From NCBI GenBank assembly GCA_034189385.1, contig JAXHVD010000024.1:1-63742 (forward strand): a stretch of DNA of 63,742 bases, written 5' to 3'. This document shows positions 61,543-63,742 of this stretch, one piece after another (position 1 is the first letter of the stretch; every line of letters begins with the position of its first letter). The position numbers were made by a program, and so were the translations under genes. The notes beneath the pieces were generated by a model. It worked only from the letters and a program-made list of their open reading frames with translations. It had not been told where the DNA came from and made no database searches. This DNA is from Thermodesulfobacteriota bacterium. Lineage in GTDB: Bacteria; Desulfobacterota; Desulfobacteria; Desulfobacterales; C00003060.

Positions 61543-62185
61543 GACCTCCGGCTGCTGCCACCTCTAGGGCCCGCTTTACGTGTTCTTGTCCTTTCACCTC
61601 GGAAAAATCTATGTCATCAGAAGGCCTATGCTCAAAAATGGCCTGTAAGTCCATCGACTTCGGTCTAATGGCCTTACGGCCGCCCAAGAACTCCACGAGC
61701 TCCCCAAGGGTCGAGACAGGTATCACGCCTATGCCGGTTACGACTGCCGCCTCAGGGGCGTTTCTTTGCGGAAGGATGGTCCCTCGGAGACCGGAATCTC
61801 GCGCTGCCAGGGCAACTGGTAAGGAGCCGCGGACCGGCTTTATCCGCCCACCCAGCGAGAGCTCGCCCAGGATCAGATACTCTGCAAGCCTATCCTGGGG
61901 CACTACACCGGTGGCCGCCAGGATGCCAACAGCAATGGGAAGGTCAAAGGCCGTGCCTTCTTTCTTGATGTCTGCCGGTGCCAGGTTGACGGTGATCCGA
62001 TCTTCCGGGAATCTGTATCCAGCGTTGTTGATGGCCGATTTGACGCGGTCCTTGCTTTCCTTTACGGCGGCCTCTGGAAGGCCCACGGTTTGAAAGGTGG
62101 GCAATCCCTGCCGGATGTCCACTTCCACATCGACAATGTAGGCGTCAACGCCCAAAACAGCGCTGCTTAAAACCTTGGCAAGCAA
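61514..62185 (-). pseudogene. comM: comM/yifB 5' half
   Basis: TTG start after GGAGG; VGLPEAAVKESKDRV, ITVNLAPADIKKEG..FDLPIA, GELSL, DFSEVKGQEHVKRALEVAAAGGHNVIM, then element-derived LYSV*. Confidence 0.95.
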
Positions 62186-62542
62186 GACCCCTCCGTAGTT
62201 TGAGTGCCCAAGCAGAGGTGTTAGAACGGCTGTAACCTGCTCAAAGCATGGGCATTTGTTGGGCCTGTTTCCATCATGACCTGTGGCGGGCAAGTTCATT
62301 AGCCTCGATCACGATGGCTAAAAACAATTCGTAAGGCCCCAAATTTACAGCATTTAACAGAGACGTGCTGGAATAGCAATGTTTTTTTTGAGATATGCCC
62401 AGAAACGCGGGCAGGGGAGGGGATTAGGCAGCGAACCGGGAATTGACTGGAGAACCTATTGGGAACGTCTTGGTTCTAGTGAGGTTAGTGTGGGTTTGGG
62501 GTTGGGAGGGAACAAGGGGAAGGGGGCAAGCCCTCTAGGGAC

Positions 62543-63622
62543 CTAAAACGGAATGTCATCGTCGGTGCCCAGGTTGGTATAACGAGATATTGCATCGAAC
62601 CTTGAATGAAGATTGGCGAAGATTATTCGCTTCTTTTCCTGTGTCATGGATTGCAGCAATCTCAGGAAGTTCTTTACAGCAGAAACTGGAAAGCGGAGTT
62701 TCATATAATAGTAATTGCCGCTTATGAAACAACGTATGATACTCGCACAGTCTGGTGCGTGCTCCTCCAACATAAAACTGCGATACACATTCTCAAGCTG
62801 GGTCTGAATCCGCTCAAAATCATCATAGTACTTGACGCCGTGCTCCATTTTGGAGATATGGTGCGCCATACAATCTGCAAAATTGCGATATGATTCCACT
62901 TCCTCCTCACCAAAATCAATTTCGAAGAATCTGTCGCTTTGGATTTCCTTTTCGATGTCGAAGAAGCTTTGCACTCTTGAGTCATGGTTCCGATTGCACA
63001 TGCGGGTTAGAGCCGCTCTATACTTAAAGTGTTCTATTTCCATTTCCTGGATTATCTTTTCGAACAGCTTCCCAACGAAATAGACTTCAGTTCTGAAATC
63101 GTATATAGATTTGTCAAACTCTTCCGGTGGCTCACACCACCAGTTCAAACTAATGCTCTTACCAAAATCCTCAGAATTTTGAATCCGTTTGCCAAATCCA
63201 AGATCAATGATTTTAAGAGTACCGTCGTCACCCACCATAAGATTGTGCGGCCGGACATCTCTATGAAGAATTCTGTGTGCTTCAAGATATCGAAATCCGC
63301 TGATTGCCTGGAGAAAGATTTCGTTGGTCTTCTCTGGGTATTGTTTGAGATACTCTTCTATGTCAGAGCCTTCTATGAACTCCATCAGGATATATCCGGT
63401 AAACTGAGCTGGGTAGAGATAGTAATTGAAGACCCTGACTACGTTACGGTGATGAAGTTGATGAAGAAGTTTGATTTCCCGAACAAAGTTGGCAAACAAG
63501 TCTTGTCTTTGATCTTCAGAGAACGGGCAGTATTTCTTGCAGACGAAGTACTCATTAATCATGTCGTCATGAAGAAGAACCGTCTTTCCGCAAGCTCCCT
63601 GACCAAGCTCTTTAATCCATTT
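62543..63622 (-). pseudogene. Ser/Thr protein kinase, 5'-truncated by ISL3; ends in DDDIPF
   Basis: Frame extends upstream of ATG 63562 to KWIKELGQGACGKTVL (Gly loop), right up to the IS end. ILMEFIEG, ILHRDVRPHN, IIDLGFGK. Confidence 0.8.
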
Positions 63623-63742
63623 GGCTCTTCTCCCAATTAGTTGTAGAAAGCCTGGTAGATTTTCAGTGTAAAGTAGCGCAGATCATGGAACCCATAGGCT
63701 TTACGCTTAATGACCTTTATTTTGTTGTTCACCCCTTCAAGT
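63623..63742 (-). mobile_element. ISL3-family insertion sequence, right end (transposase C-terminus 63637-63741)
   Basis: LEGVNNKIKVIKRKAYGFHDLRYFTLKI* is the ISL3 signature; terminal ...GAAGAGCC. Confidence 0.9.

Noticed and set aside
1..63742. tRNA, rRNA or riboswitch genes
   Set aside because: None recognised by eye; tRNAscan-SE and Infernal/Rfam would be needed to exclude them.

Overview
Probably a Desulfobacterota (deltaproteobacterial) chromosome segment; this is inferred from gene content. From 1-33 kb is a type IV pilus region: the 3' part of pilQ, a giant 5398-aa invasin/Big_1-repeat lipoprotein, LysM proteins, a PilF/Tgl-like TPR pilotin, a GpgS-like glycosyltransferase, and a sigma54-driven fimT-pilW-pilV-pilX-pilY1 operon. 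From 33-52 kb are metabolic genes: a subtilase, paaK-ACT-Liv-type ABC genes, an HDAC/AcuC protein, MoaB, an acyl-CoA ligase and acs, with many non-coding MITE/REP-like repeats between them. From 52-62 kb, comM/yifB is split by an 8.77-kb element with a large serine recombinase. It encodes an HK97-type capsid, prohead protease, large terminase, a cos-like motif, a putative rep/ori and a resolvase, but no portal, TerS or tail genes, so it is a candidate new minimal capsid-forming satellite. The window ends with an ISL3-disrupted Ser/Thr kinase that has an SSB-like DDDIPF tail. Signals missed by the ORF track: (i) pilY1 reads through an in-frame TGA in a CxxU context, followed by a SECIS-like hairpin; (ii) an unannotated 51-aa CxxU candidate selenoprotein upstream of the deacetylase; (iii) a Phe-rich leader peptide with attenuator hairpins upstream of paaK; (iv) self-nested (AAA-BBB) domain insertions in the giant adhesin. 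Family assignments come from motif recognition, not database searches.
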